From Eledone cirrhosa (lineage: Eukaryota), in NCBI GenBank assembly GCA_964016885.1, contig OZ024752.1, positions 19,344,001 through 19,408,000 of the forward strand: a stretch of DNA of 64,000 bases, given 5' to 3'. Shown here one piece after another: positions 11,001-24,184 of this stretch. Every line of letters starts with the position of its first letter. Position 1 is the stretch's first letter. The notes beneath the pieces are model-generated. The model was not told where the DNA came from. It saw nothing but the letters and a program-made list of their open reading frames with translations, and made no database searches. The translations under genes were made by a program, and so were the position numbers.

Positions 11001-14000
11001 TAGAGATCAAGTGACTAGAGAGGTGGTATTAGCTTATCAACTAAGAAATCAATGAGTCCATATCTTGAAGAGGTGGCTTGTTATTGAGCTCAAGCCTGCT
11101 GATTTATTATGAATGAATTCAGTTCTAACCTGTACAGGCAATATTTATTAGAATACTGTGGAAGTGTGTATATATTTTTCTGAGACACCTTCTATCATCA
11201 TCATCATCATCATCATTTTACGTCCACTTTTCCCTGCTTGCAAGGGTGGGATTGGTCTTATTCAGCACAGCATCTCTCCACTCGTCACGGTGCTTCGTCA
11301 TCTCCACCATGAACATCAATGATCTGAGGTCTGTTCTCACTACCTCCGCCCATGTTTATCGTGGTCTACGTCTACCACGTCTTCCTTCAACTGGCATTTC
11401 CTGGCACTTCTTCACCCATCGGTCATCCTCCATGCGTATCACATGTCCATACCACCTCAGTCTCCTCTCCCATACACTACATTCTATCCCTCTCAGACAC
11501 AGTTTATCTCTCAACACATTTATGCTGGGTTGTTCACGCACATTTACACTGCACATCCAACGGAGCATACCTCATTTCTCTCCAGCCGGCGCATATTCTC
11601 TGCAGTTGCTGCCTATGTCTCACTACCATGCAGCATCGCGCTCCTCACACAGGCATCATACAACCGGCCTTTCGTACGCAGGGAGAAACCCTTCTTCGTC
11701 AGCAGAGGATGCAGCTCTCTAAACTTCTTCCAACCCGTCCTTATTCTAGATACTATGGCCTCGGAACACCCCCCTCCCATGCTAATCTGATCACCTAGGT
11801 ACCGGAAGCTATCAGCCACTTCTATAGCCCCCACCTGCATTTGAAAAATGTGTCTATCAATGCGACTTCTACTGTCTAATTTCCCTGTACATCTACTGCA
11901 TACGTATTTCTCCCTACCTGTTAGTTTGCCTGCTATCCCGCTACATCTCTTGTGTACCCAGGATCTGCATTGCGTGCATTTTATAGAATTTATGCCAGTT
12001 CCTTTTCTGCATATCGAACATAGCCATTTCCCTGACGGAATCAGAGTTTTGTCCTCTTTTCTACTCATCAACACTTTTGTCTTAGCTAGGTTCACTCTCA
12101 GTCCTCTTGCTTCCAACTGCTGTTTCCATAGCCAGGATTTATTCACCAGCTCCTCTACTGATTCTGCTATAAGAACCAGATCGTCAGCATAGAGCAGTTC
12201 CCCTGGACAGCCAGTCTTAAACTCCTCTGTTATGGCTTGGAGGACTATAATGAACAAGAGCAGGCTGAGGACCGAACCTTGATGTACTCCTACTTGTATC
12301 TGTAATTCCTCACTAAACTCCATTCCTACCCTGACTTTACTGAGAGTACCTCTGTACAAAGTTTGCACTGTCCTCACAAGCCATTCCTCAACACCTAGCT
12401 TCCTTAGGGACCACCAGATGACAGTTCGGGGTACCCTATCAAAGGCCTTCTCTAGGTCAACAAAGGCTAAGTATAGTGGCTTATTTTTCTCTAAGAACCT
12501 CTCTTGCAATTGTCTCACCAAGAAGAGGGCATCTGTTGTACTCTCGAGAGAGAGATATGAGTTGATCAAAAGAGATCGATAAAATGAATATTAGTGTTGA
12601 TATAATTAACTAAAACTTTCAATGCAGTGTCCCAGTATAGCTGCAGTCTGGTGATTGAAACCAGTTAATAAGGAATAACTGTTGTTTACTATCCTCGTCA
12701 TTTAACATCCATTTTCCCTGCTTGCATGGTTTAGACAGGTTGTCATGTTATGCTCCTATAGATCTGTATTTTGGTTTGGTTTCTACAGCTGGGTGCCCTT
12801 CCTAATGCCAACCATATTACAGTGTGGACTGGGTGCTTTTTATTATGGCTCCAAAATGACAATCTAACAGGGTGAACTGGGTGCTTTTTGTTGTGTTACC
12901 AGTATGACCACCTTACAGGGTGAACTGGGTGCTTTTTGTTAAGTTACCAGCACGACCACCTTACAGTCATTCGTTTTGTTAGGGCATTAATTTTATTACT
13001 ATTGAGAAAAAAGACATTTTGTTTCATGAGATCTTTTATGGATTTTTCTCTTCTAGAATTCGGGTAACAACCAGTTCAACAAACGACCTCCATTCTCCTA
13101 TGTGAAGTTGATAGAAAATGCATTAAACACCTGTCATGATAAACGCATGACATTAAAAGACATCTACCGATGGATTGAAACTAATTACCCTTATTATAGC
13201 AACACTACAAAACTTGGATGGAAGGTTTGTTCACCTTTTCCTTATGAAAACTATATATTTTCTACTTTGGATTAGTGATACAAGGCAAAGAATTGGCAGT
13301 CTTTTATCCTTTTGGGGGTTGATAAATAAAGTACCAAACCAATCCAGTGGTTGTGGATAAGTGTAATTTGATAAGAGTAGGAGATGATGTTTTGTATTAT
13401 CTGATCCAGCCTGTGCATTCTGATTTCAAATCCCACCTTCTGCCAGGTGTTGTGACTGGCAGATAATATCAGCAATGGAAATAGAAATAGTTAGTTTGTT
13501 TGGTTCAAACTGACAATCGACTTCTTGTGAGAAATAGACAAACAAATGTTTGTTGTTCAACACATACGTGTGTTGTTCAATAGAACAGTTTGTTGTTCAA
13601 TAGAGCAGTTTGTTGCTCAATAGAACAGTTTGTTATTCAACACATCTGTGTGTTGTTCAATAGAGCAGTTTGTTGTTCAACAGAGCTGTTTGTTGTTCAA
13701 CAGAACTGTTTGTTATTCAACAGAACTGTTTGTTGTTTAACTCAACTGTTTGTTGTTCAACTCAACTGTTTGTTGTTCAACAAAACTGTTTGTTGTTTAA
13801 CTCAGCTGTTCGTTGTTTAACAGAACTGTTTGTTGTTTAACAGAACTGTTTGTTGTTCAACAAAATTGTTTGTTGTTCAACAGAACTTTTTGTTATTTAA
13901 CTCAACTGTTTGTTGTTCAACAGAACTTTTTGTTATTTAACTCAACTGTTTGTTGTTTAACTCAACTGTTTGTTGTTTAACTCAACTGTTTGTTGTTTAA

Positions 14001-17000
14001 CTCAACTGTTTGTGTTCAACAGAACTGTTTGTTGTTCAACAGAACTGTTTGTGTTCAACAGAACTGTTTGTGTTCAACAGAACTGTTTGTGTTCAACAGA
14101 ACTGTTTGTGTTCAACAGAACTGTTTGTGTTCAACAGAACTGTTTGTGTTCAACAGAACTGTTTGTTGTTCAACAGAACTGTTTGTTGTTCAACAGAACT
14201 GTTTGTTGTTCAACAGAACTGTTTGTGTTCAACAGAACTGTTTGTTGTTCAACAGAACTGTTTGTGTTCAACAGAACTGTTTGTGTTCAACAGAACTGTT
14301 TGTTGTTCAACAGAACTGTTTGTTGTTCAACAGAACTGTTTGTGTTCAACAGAACTGTTTGTGTTCAACAGAACTATTTGTGTTCAACAGAACTGTTTGT
14401 TGTTCAACAGAACTGTTTGTTGTTCAACAGAACTGTTTGTTGTTCAACAGAACTGTTTGTTGTTCAACAGAACTGTTTGTTGTTCAACAGAACTGTTTGT
14501 TGTTCAACAGAACTGTTTGTGTTCAACAGAACTGTTTGTGTTCAACAGAACTGTTTGTGTTCAACAGAACTGTTTGTTGTTCAACAGAACTGTTTGTGTT
14601 CAACAGAACTGTTTGTTGTTCAAAAGAACTGTTTGTGTTCAACAGAACTGTTTGTTGTTTAACTCAACTGTTTGTGTTCAACAGAACTGTTTGTTGTTTA
14701 ACTCAGCTGTTTGTTATTTAACAGAACTGTTGTTGTTTAACAGAACTGTTTGTTGTTCAACAAAATTGTTTGTTGTTCAACAAAATTGTTTGTTGTTCAA
14801 CAGAACTTTTTGTTGTTTAACTCAACTGTTTGTTGTTTAACTCAACTGTTTGTGTTCAACAGAACTGTTTGTGTTCAACAGAACTGTTTGTTGTTCAACA
14901 GAACTGTTTGTTGTTCAACAGAACTGTTTGTGTTCAACAGAACTGTTTGTGTTCAACAGAACTGTTTGTGTTCAACAGAACTGTTTGTGTTCAACAGAAC
15001 TGTTTGTGTTCAACAGAACTGTTTGTTGTTCAACAGAACTGTTTGTTGTTCAACAGAACTGTTTGTGTTCAACAGAACTGTTTGTTGTTCAACAGAACTG
15101 TTTGTGTTCAACAGAACTGTTTGTGTTCAACAGAACTGTTTGTGTTCAACAGAACTGTTTGTTGTTCAACAGAACTGTTTGTTGTTCAACAGAACTGTTT
15201 GTGTTCAACAGAACTGTTTGTGTTCAACAGAACTATTTGTGTTCAACAGAACTGTTTGTTGTTCAACAGAACTGTTTGTGTTCAACAGAACTGTTTGTGT
15301 TCAACAGAACTGTTTGTTGTTTAACTCAACTGTTTGTTGTTTAACTCAACTGTTTGTGTTCAACAGAACTGTTTGTTGTTTAACTCAACTGTTTGTGTTC
15401 AACAGAACTGTTTGTTGTTTAACTCAGCTGTTTGTTATTTAACAGAACTGTTTGTTGTTTAACAGAACTGTTTGTTGTTTAACAGAACTGTTTGTTGTTC
15501 AACAAAATTGTTTGTTGTTCAACAGAACTTTTTGTTATTTAACTCAACTGTTTGTTGTTCAACAGAACTTTTTGTTATTTAACTCAACTGTTTGTTGTTC
15601 AACAGAACTTTTTGTTATTTAACTCAACTGTTTGTTGTTCAACAGAACTTTTTGTTGTTTAACTCAACTGTTTGTTGTTCAACAGAACTGTTTGTGTTCA
15701 ACAGAACTGTTTGTGTTCAACATAACTGTTTGTTGTTCAACAGAACTGTTTGTTGTTCAACATAACTGTTTGTTGTTCAACAGAACTGTTTGTGTTCAAC
15801 AGAACTGTTTGTTGTTTAACTCAACTGTTTGTGTTCAACAGAACTGTTTGTGTTCAACAGAATTGTTTGTTGTTCAACAGAATTGTTTGTTGTTCAACAG
15901 AACTGTTTGTGTTCAACAGAACTGTTTGTGTTCAACAGAACTGTTTGTGTTCAACAGAACTGTTTGTTGTTTAACTCAACTGTTTGTGTTCAACAGAACT
16001 GTTTGTGTTCAACAGAATTGTTTGTTGTTCAACAGAACTGTTTGTGTTCAACAGAACTGTTTGTGTTCAACAGAACTGTTTGTTGTTCAACAGAACTGTT
16101 TGTTGTTCAACAGAACTGTTTGTTGTTCAACAGAACTGTTTGTTGTTCAACAGAACTGTTTATTGTTCAACATAACTGTTTGTTGTTCAACAGAACTGTT
16201 TGTGTTCAACAGAACTGTTTGTGTTCAACAGAACTGTTTGTTGTTCAACAGAACTGTTTGTTGTTCAACAGAACTGTTTGTTGTTCAACAGAACTGTTTG
16301 TTGTTCAACAGAACTGTTTGTTGTTCAACAGAACTGTTTGTCGTTCAACAGAACTGTTTGTTGTTCAACAGAACTGTTTGTGTTCAACAGAACTGTTTGT
16401 GTTCAACAGAACTGTTTGTGTTCAACAGAACTGTTTGTGTTCAACAGAACTGTTTGTTGTTCAACAGAACTGTTTGTTGTTCAACAGAACTGTTTGTGTT
16501 CAACAGAACTGTTTGTGTTCAACAGAACTGTTTGTGTTCAACAGAACTGTTTGTGTTCAACAGAACTGTTTGTGTTCAACAGAACTGTTTGTGTTCAACA
16601 GAACTGTTTGTGTTCAACAGAACTGTTTGTTGTTCAACAGAACTGTTTGTTGTTCAACAGAACTGTTTGTGTTCAACAGAACTGTTTGTGTTCAACAGAA
16701 CTATTTGTGTTCAACAGAACTGTTTGTTGTTCAACAGAACTGTTTGTTGTTCAACAGAACTGTTTGTTGTTCAACAGAACTGTTTGTGTTCAACAGAACT
16801 GTTTGTTGTTTAACTCAACTGTTTGTTGTTTAACTCAATTGTTTGTGTTCAACAGAACTGTTTGTTGTTTAACAGAACTGTTTGTTGTTTAACAGAACTG
16901 TTTGTTGTTCAACAAAATTGTTTGTTGTTCAACAGAACTTTTTGTTATTTAACTCAACTGTTTGTTGTTCAACAGAACTTTTTGTTATTTAACTCAACTG

Positions 17001-20000
17001 TTTGTTGTTCAACAGAACTTTTTGTTGTTTAACTCAACTGTTTGTTGTTCAACAGAACTGTTTGTGTTCAACAGAACTGTTTGTGTTCAACAGAACTGTT
17101 TGTTGTTCAACAGAACTGTTTGTTGTTCAACAGAACTGTTTGTTGTTCAACAGAACTGTTTGTTGTTCAACAGAACTGTTTGTTGTTCAACAGAACTGTT
17201 TGTGTTCAACAGAACTGTTTGTTGTTTAACTCAACTGTTTGTGTTCAACAGAACTGTTTGTGTTCAACAGAATTGTTTGTTGTTCAACAGAATTGTTTGT
17301 TGTTCAACAGAACTGTTTGTGTTCAACAGAACTGTTTGTGTTCAACAGAACTGTTTGTGTTCAACAGAACTGTTTGTGTTCAACAGAACTGTTTGTGTTC
17401 AACAGAATTGTTTGTTGTTCAACAGAACTGTTTGTGTTCAACAGAACTGTTTGTTGTTCAACAGAACTGTTTGTTGTTCAACAGAACTGTTTTTTGTTCA
17501 ACAGAACTGTTTGTTGTTCAACAGAACTGTTTGTTGTTCAACAGAACTGTTTCTGGTTCAACAAAACTGTTTGTTGTTCAACAGAACTGTTTGTGTTCAA
17601 CAGAACTGTTTGTTGTTCAACAGAACTGTTTGTTGTTCAACAGAACTGTTTGTTGTTCAACAGAACTGTTTGTCGTTCAACAGAACTGTTTGTTGTTTAA
17701 CTCAACTGTTAGTCTTCAACAGATCATCTTAACTAAACTTTATCATTTGTATTTTTATAGAATTCTATCCGCCATGATTTATCTACTAGCAAATGTTTTG
17801 TGCGAGAACCAACTCGATATTATGGTTCCCACTGGAAGTTGGTTTCAGCTGTTAAAGATTCATCCTCATCAACATCATCATCATCATCAGCAGCACCATC
17901 ATCATCAGCAGCAGCACCATCATCTTTATCATCATCATCAGCACCATCTTCATTGTCATTAGCATCATCATCAACATTGACCTCACATTCATCAATAAAT
18001 GGATCATGCCAGTTACTCTCTATTGCACCAGGTAAGTCTATCATTGAGTAACAAGCTTAGAATTGAATACTGTACTGATTGTGAAGGTGTGTAGTTTAAT
18101 GGTTAGGGTGTTTGGTTCATGATTGTAAGCTTAGGAGGTCAGGAGTTAGATACCTAGTGGTACATTGTGTCCTTGAGCAAGACACTATTTTTCTCATTGC
18201 TCCAGTACACTCACCTGGAAAAAAAATGTAGTTGTACCTGTTCAAAGCGCCAGCTGTGTTGCATTGAATCTCCCTGAAAACTACATTAAGTGGGGTACAC
18301 GTGTTTGTGGAGTGCTTGCATGTTAAGTTTGTGTGTGGACTGTTCCATCGTTTGAACAACTGGAACATTCGTCAGACATGTCAAAGCTCCCCCCCCCCCT
18401 CCACACACACACACTCATTGTGTAAGTTGTGAAGTCTGTAAATGTTGGAAATATTAGTTCAAATGTTTTAATATATTTGTCACTATTCTTTATGTTTGGG
18501 AAGCTGAATTACAAGAATTGTTAGAGCTGGTCCAACAATGCACCAGCTTTAACACTCAGTCAGAAGGAAGGAAGGAAGGAAGGTGTAAAAGCCAAACTTA
18601 CTATCTTTAATTCAGTGTACATGTCTACCCTTGCCTCTGGTCATGAATCTTAGGTAATGACCAAAAGAATACGATCCTGAATTTAAATGGTTGAACTGGG
18701 GTTCCTACAAAGGGTTTCTGAAGTAACATTACTCAACAGGGTGCATAGATCAGGGAGCTGCTCCACTTACAGCTACTACTTCTTGAGAGATCACAGCTCT
18801 GGTACTATAGACATGTCTAAGGAAAGAATTGCAGGACAGATTTTATGGGCTAAGCCACTAGTAAAATGGTTGGATAATATCCATAAGCTTGGTTGGTTTT
18901 AGTTGGGTGGGTTTTCTCTATCATGGCATATATATGTTTAAATTTAGTATATGAAAATCTTTGTTTTGTATCATGACATATCTTCTTCTAAAAATAATTG
19001 TCATAACCATTTTACCACATTCAACCTTTACAGTTCCGAAATATAAACCACAGTCACCTGTTATTTCTGTTAAATCTGTCAAGACCATTCCTTCAGTGAG
19101 TTGTTCAGGAGTTCAACCAAAATTTTCTGTTAGTAGTCAAACAAAATTTAATACCAGACGTAAAGGTCAGTGTAGATATTGTATTAGTTCTTTTTGTCTT
19201 TTTTAGGGGTTATTTTTTCTTAGTATTTTAAAAAAGTATTGTAATCATCATCATCATTATCATCATTTTATGTCTGTTATTTCATGCTTGCATGGCTTGG
19301 GACAGACCCTTCTCAAGTACAGCATCTCTCCACTTGTCACGTTCTGTTGTCATCTCCTCCATGAGATTCAACGATCTGACATCACCTCTCACCATTTCAA
19401 ACCAGCAAAGAAAAAGGTATACGATGATGAACAACTAATTGTTTGGAAAAAAACTTTTTTTTTAATTCAGAAAAATTGGTTAAAATAAAAGAAGAAAACA
19501 AATCTGTTTCAACCAGAGAGGGGAAACTAGTATCAACATGAGTTGTTTCCCTTGTCTTGTTTGTTGGTTGAAAATTCTGTCAATAAAATGTGTGATGTGG
19601 GGTGCAAATAGTTGGCTGAACCTGCTTTATGATGCACAGTGTGGCACCAAATTGCATAAGAATTAAAGGAGGTGGAGGTGGCTGTTGCAGCGAGTATTGC
19701 TGGCCATTGTCATCGGAAATGCTTCTGCAGTCTTATTTGCGGGATGCAGCCCCAACACTACTGCACCCTAGGCCCTGAGCCCATCACACTGCCCCTCTTA
19801 TTCTTCTGTGACCCTAGAGCCCTTGCTATTCCCTCCCTTTTCCGTTTTAAAATATTTGTAGTGTTTTTCTAATTATTTTATAGACATTCATTAAAGAAGA
19901 TATAACTTGATTTGTCTTCATTTCATGTTGACTTATTTTCTTACTTTTCTCAAATGTCTGAAGGCATCATCCTTTAGCCCTTTACTATTACATTACTCTA

Positions 20001-20679
20001 TTTTGATATTTATTTTGAGAACAATACCTTAACATAAGTATGAGCAGCCAGTTATTGCTGTTTTAAACAGAAAGAGGTGGGAGAATTCTGGCCGGATACG
20101 GATAATGTCTGTTTTCACTGCAAACAAGGATTGGGTGATCACTACAGACCAAGTCACAACATAATTCGAGCTACTGACCTCACAGATGGGCCAGGGGCTA
20201 CATCTCACATTATTACCACACCGTACAGAGTACACCAGAAGCATTTTATTGTGGCATTGTCACTAGCATTAAAAAGTTTGTCATGCTGCAACTGAAGGTT
20301 CCTCTCAACGCTTTTTGACAAGATTTCTACAGTTGAAAAATGGTTTCACACGATTTTTGCTGGTTTGAGAGCTGATGAGGGTGAAGATATGTATGTATAA
20401 ACTTGTCTTCTACATCATCTTTCTTTATTTCCTTCTTCCAGTCACTTTTGTTCGCCAGCGCACTTCTCTTAGTTCTCCTATATCAATCTTTTCTGCATTT
20501 AATCTGCCTCTCACTCATTTTGTGAGTTGTCTCTCTGTTGACCACTGGCCACTGGTCTCTGTCCTCTGAGACATTTTGCAAGCGTGGAAAAAATACATGT
20601 TAAATGATGATGATGATGTATTTATATGATGTTTGTGTCCAATCCATCTCAGTATGGAAAGTGTATGTAAAGTGATGAT

Positions 20680-20710
<31 letters not shown>

Positions 20711-23499
20711 ATTCTTGTTTTCTTTTTTTAGAGCCTCCTCTGATCTTGCCTCGCCCTAATGTAGCCCCTCAAGCTTATGCATTGATTCCAATACACACCA
20801 ACAATCTTCCCATTCAAAATTCCTCCAGTATCTCAACTCCACTCATTATCCAGCTACCAACAATTTCAACTACAAACTCTGCGAAAAACTGTTCAGGTAT
20901 CACTATAGACACATATCTTATTTTCTTTTTCAGAGAGAAAGAGTTTGTTTTCAGGTCTTCCAGGCCTTGCAGTAATTATTCTGAGTTCGAATCTCACCAA
21001 GGTCAGCTTGGCTTTTCATCCTTCCAAAGCTAATAAATTACCAGTCAAGTACTAGGATCGATTCTTCTCTCAGAATTTGACTGTTACGCTGTGAGAGGGC
21101 CTTGGGGGATGAATCGCTGTGTTCTTTTACTCCAAGAAACGGAGATGGCTAAGATAGAGGCTAGCAATCTTTTTTTTATCAGGTATCTTACAAAAGCCCC
21201 TGCCTTCCCTAAAGAATATGATTGGCCAGGACAGATCAATGGAGAGTACAGCAGTACAGCACTAAAATTACCCCCAAAACTTATGATATAACCTGTAGAT
21301 TAAACAGGAAATTTTATTTATGATGTTTGGTCTTGGTGTTAAGAAGGGTATCCAGCCATAGAAAGCTTGCAAAACAAAGGGTTGAGTCAAAGACATGATA
21401 ACCACTTCTATGCACACAGTAGAATATATGACCATACATTATCAGGGAGATCAGTAGCCTTGATTCAGTATTGACTTGGTCTGTGTAGACCTATCCAACC
21501 CTTTCTAGTAGGGAAAGCAGATGTTAAAATGATGATGATGACTCAGGCCTAGAAAATCAAGTTCTACCTTTTTTTTTGTTTCTTTTACCTTTTTATTATT
21601 AAGTTTTCTTACCACATTTTGACTTAGCCAAAAGGCCGAGAAGTTAGAGTTCAAATCCTGCCGAGGTTAGCTTTGCCTTTCATCCTTACGGGTTTGATAA
21701 AATAAAGCTCCGGTAATTCTATTTAATTGATTTTCTCCTCCCCTAAAATTGTTGGCCTTGTGCTTAAATTAGAAGCTATTATTGGGGGATTCGGTAGAGT
21801 GTCAGACACACTGCTTCACGGCATAGAGTTATGGCCCTTTAAATTCTAAGTTCAAATCCTACTGAGTTTAGCTTTGCCTTTCATCCTTACGGGGCCGATA
21901 AAATAAAGTACCCGTCATGCATTGGGGTCAATTTACCCTCCCCCAAAATTGATAGCCTTGTGCCTAAAACAGAAACCATTATTAGTTTCTCTCTTTAGTC
22001 TTATAGTAGTAGCCTAATATTGTAACATTGTGAGTGGGCCATGAATTTGACAGGAGGACATGACTGATTATAGTAAGTTCAGGACTTGATTGATCTATGG
22101 GAGCAAGACTTTGGTGATGAACATGGAACTGGAAAGAACAGAAATGAAAATGGTCCAATGATGAATGGAATGTCACTGAGAGAGAAGAAGACAATGAATT
22201 GCAGAAGAATGGTTTTGAATAGGCCCAGTGATGAATGTTGAGGAGATAAATTGAATGAAAATGACTGGGTGAGAGTTGTGATGGAAATTAATGTAGACAG
22301 AAATAGAGAAAAGGGAAGACCAATGGCAAGGCTATGATAGAAAAGGAAATGAAAGCCAGGGTTTTGGTGAAGAGAGATGCAGGCAATAGTGCATAATGGA
22401 GAGGCTTGTTATGGGGCCTGCAAGGTAGGGAAAATGTCCTAATAACACTTGTTATACTTGGTTAGTATTTATTTTATTAAGCCCAGAAGAATGAAAAACA
22501 AAAGCTACCTCAGCAGGACTTGAACTCACGATAAAGCCATAACTAAATATTGTAAAGAATTTTGTAATTTTGTTTGGCATTCAAACAATTAAGCTATTCC
22601 ACTTCCACTATGTTTCATTATAGACTGTAAAATGGTCATGTTGGTGTTATGACAAAATGTGCCCAGTCCACACTGTAAAGTGATTGTGTTGGTGTCACGA
22701 TAAAAGGCATCCAGACCACACTGTAAGTGGTCATGTTGGTGTCATGACAAAAGGCATCTAGTTCACACTGTAAGTGGTCATGTTGGTGTCACGACAAAAG
22801 GCATCCAGTCCACACTAAGTGGTCATGTTGGTGTCATGACAAAAGGCATCCAGTTCACTCTAAAGTGATTGTGTTGGTGTCACGACAAAATATGCCCAGT
22901 CCACACTAAGTGGTCATGTTGGTGTCACAACAAAAGGCATCCAGTCCACACTGTAAGTGGTCATGTTGGTGTCACGACAAAAGGCATCCAGTCCACACTG
23001 TAAGTGGTCATGTTGGTTTCACGACAAAAGGCATCCAGTCCACACTGTAAATGTGTTTGGCATTATGGAGGGCATCCAGGTGTAGAAACCATTCCAGAAA
23101 CAGTTTTGTATGAGCAATACATGGTCACCTGATCTGACTTGTCTCACAATGGGACAACACATCTAACCCATGCTAGCGTGGAACAATGAATGTTAAACAA
23201 TGTTGTTGATTCAAATCTAAAACCAAGATTGATATTATTTAAGAAAATTCAAACGTGAGGTTGCTTAAATTATGTTGTTTTGCATTTCAAAATATATTTT
23301 TTAATCTTTAGGAAAAACAATTACCATTTGTTTTTTTAATTATATTTGTATTGACTTCATTAATAAGTTTTACATACTAATATATATATATATTTATTCA
23401 ATGCTATATATATATATATATATTTATTTAATGCTATATATATATATATATATATTTATTTAATGCTATATATATATATATATATATATTTATTTAATG

Positions 23500-23537
<38 letters not shown>

Positions 23538-23577
23538 TTAATGCTATATATATATATATATATATATTTATTTAATG

Positions 23578-23613
<36 letters not shown>

Positions 23614-24153
23614 TTAATGCTATATATATATATATTTATTTAATGCTATATATATATATATATATATATACTTATATTATTCAAAATATTAACAAATGAA
23701 AAATATTCACATAATCAAAATATATGCTTTATTATATATATTTCAAAGGTACTGTGTTGTTTTTTTTCAGTACGTCTTGATTATACAATTCCTGTATTGG
23801 CAGTCAATTCTGCCAATACTGGAATTGTATAATCAAGACCTAGCAGTATGTCATATATCAAATCATATATTTTATCTGATGAAGGCGTACTGAAAAAAAA
23901 CAACACAGTACCTTTGAAATATATATAATAACGCATATATTTTGATTATGTGAATATCTTTCATTTGTTAATATTTTGAATAATATTAAAAAATCCAGGA
24001 AAACTTTTTTGTTGAGTGCTTTTAATCTATTGCAAAATTGTATTCATTGAGCAATCAACGAACCAAATTAATCTTTGGTTATATATATTTATAAATATAT
24101 ATATATATATCTTTATTTAATGCTATATATATATATCTTTATTTAATGCTATA

Positions 24154-24184
<31 letters not shown>

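Noticed and set aside
13590-17760. Many Cys/Val-rich ORFs
   Set aside because: Artefacts of the 19/20-bp satellite within a FoxM intron
20030-20340. Possible decayed DNA transposase (Sola-like) on the minus strand
   Set aside because: Only a vague resemblance around RPEFSHLFL; too degraded to support
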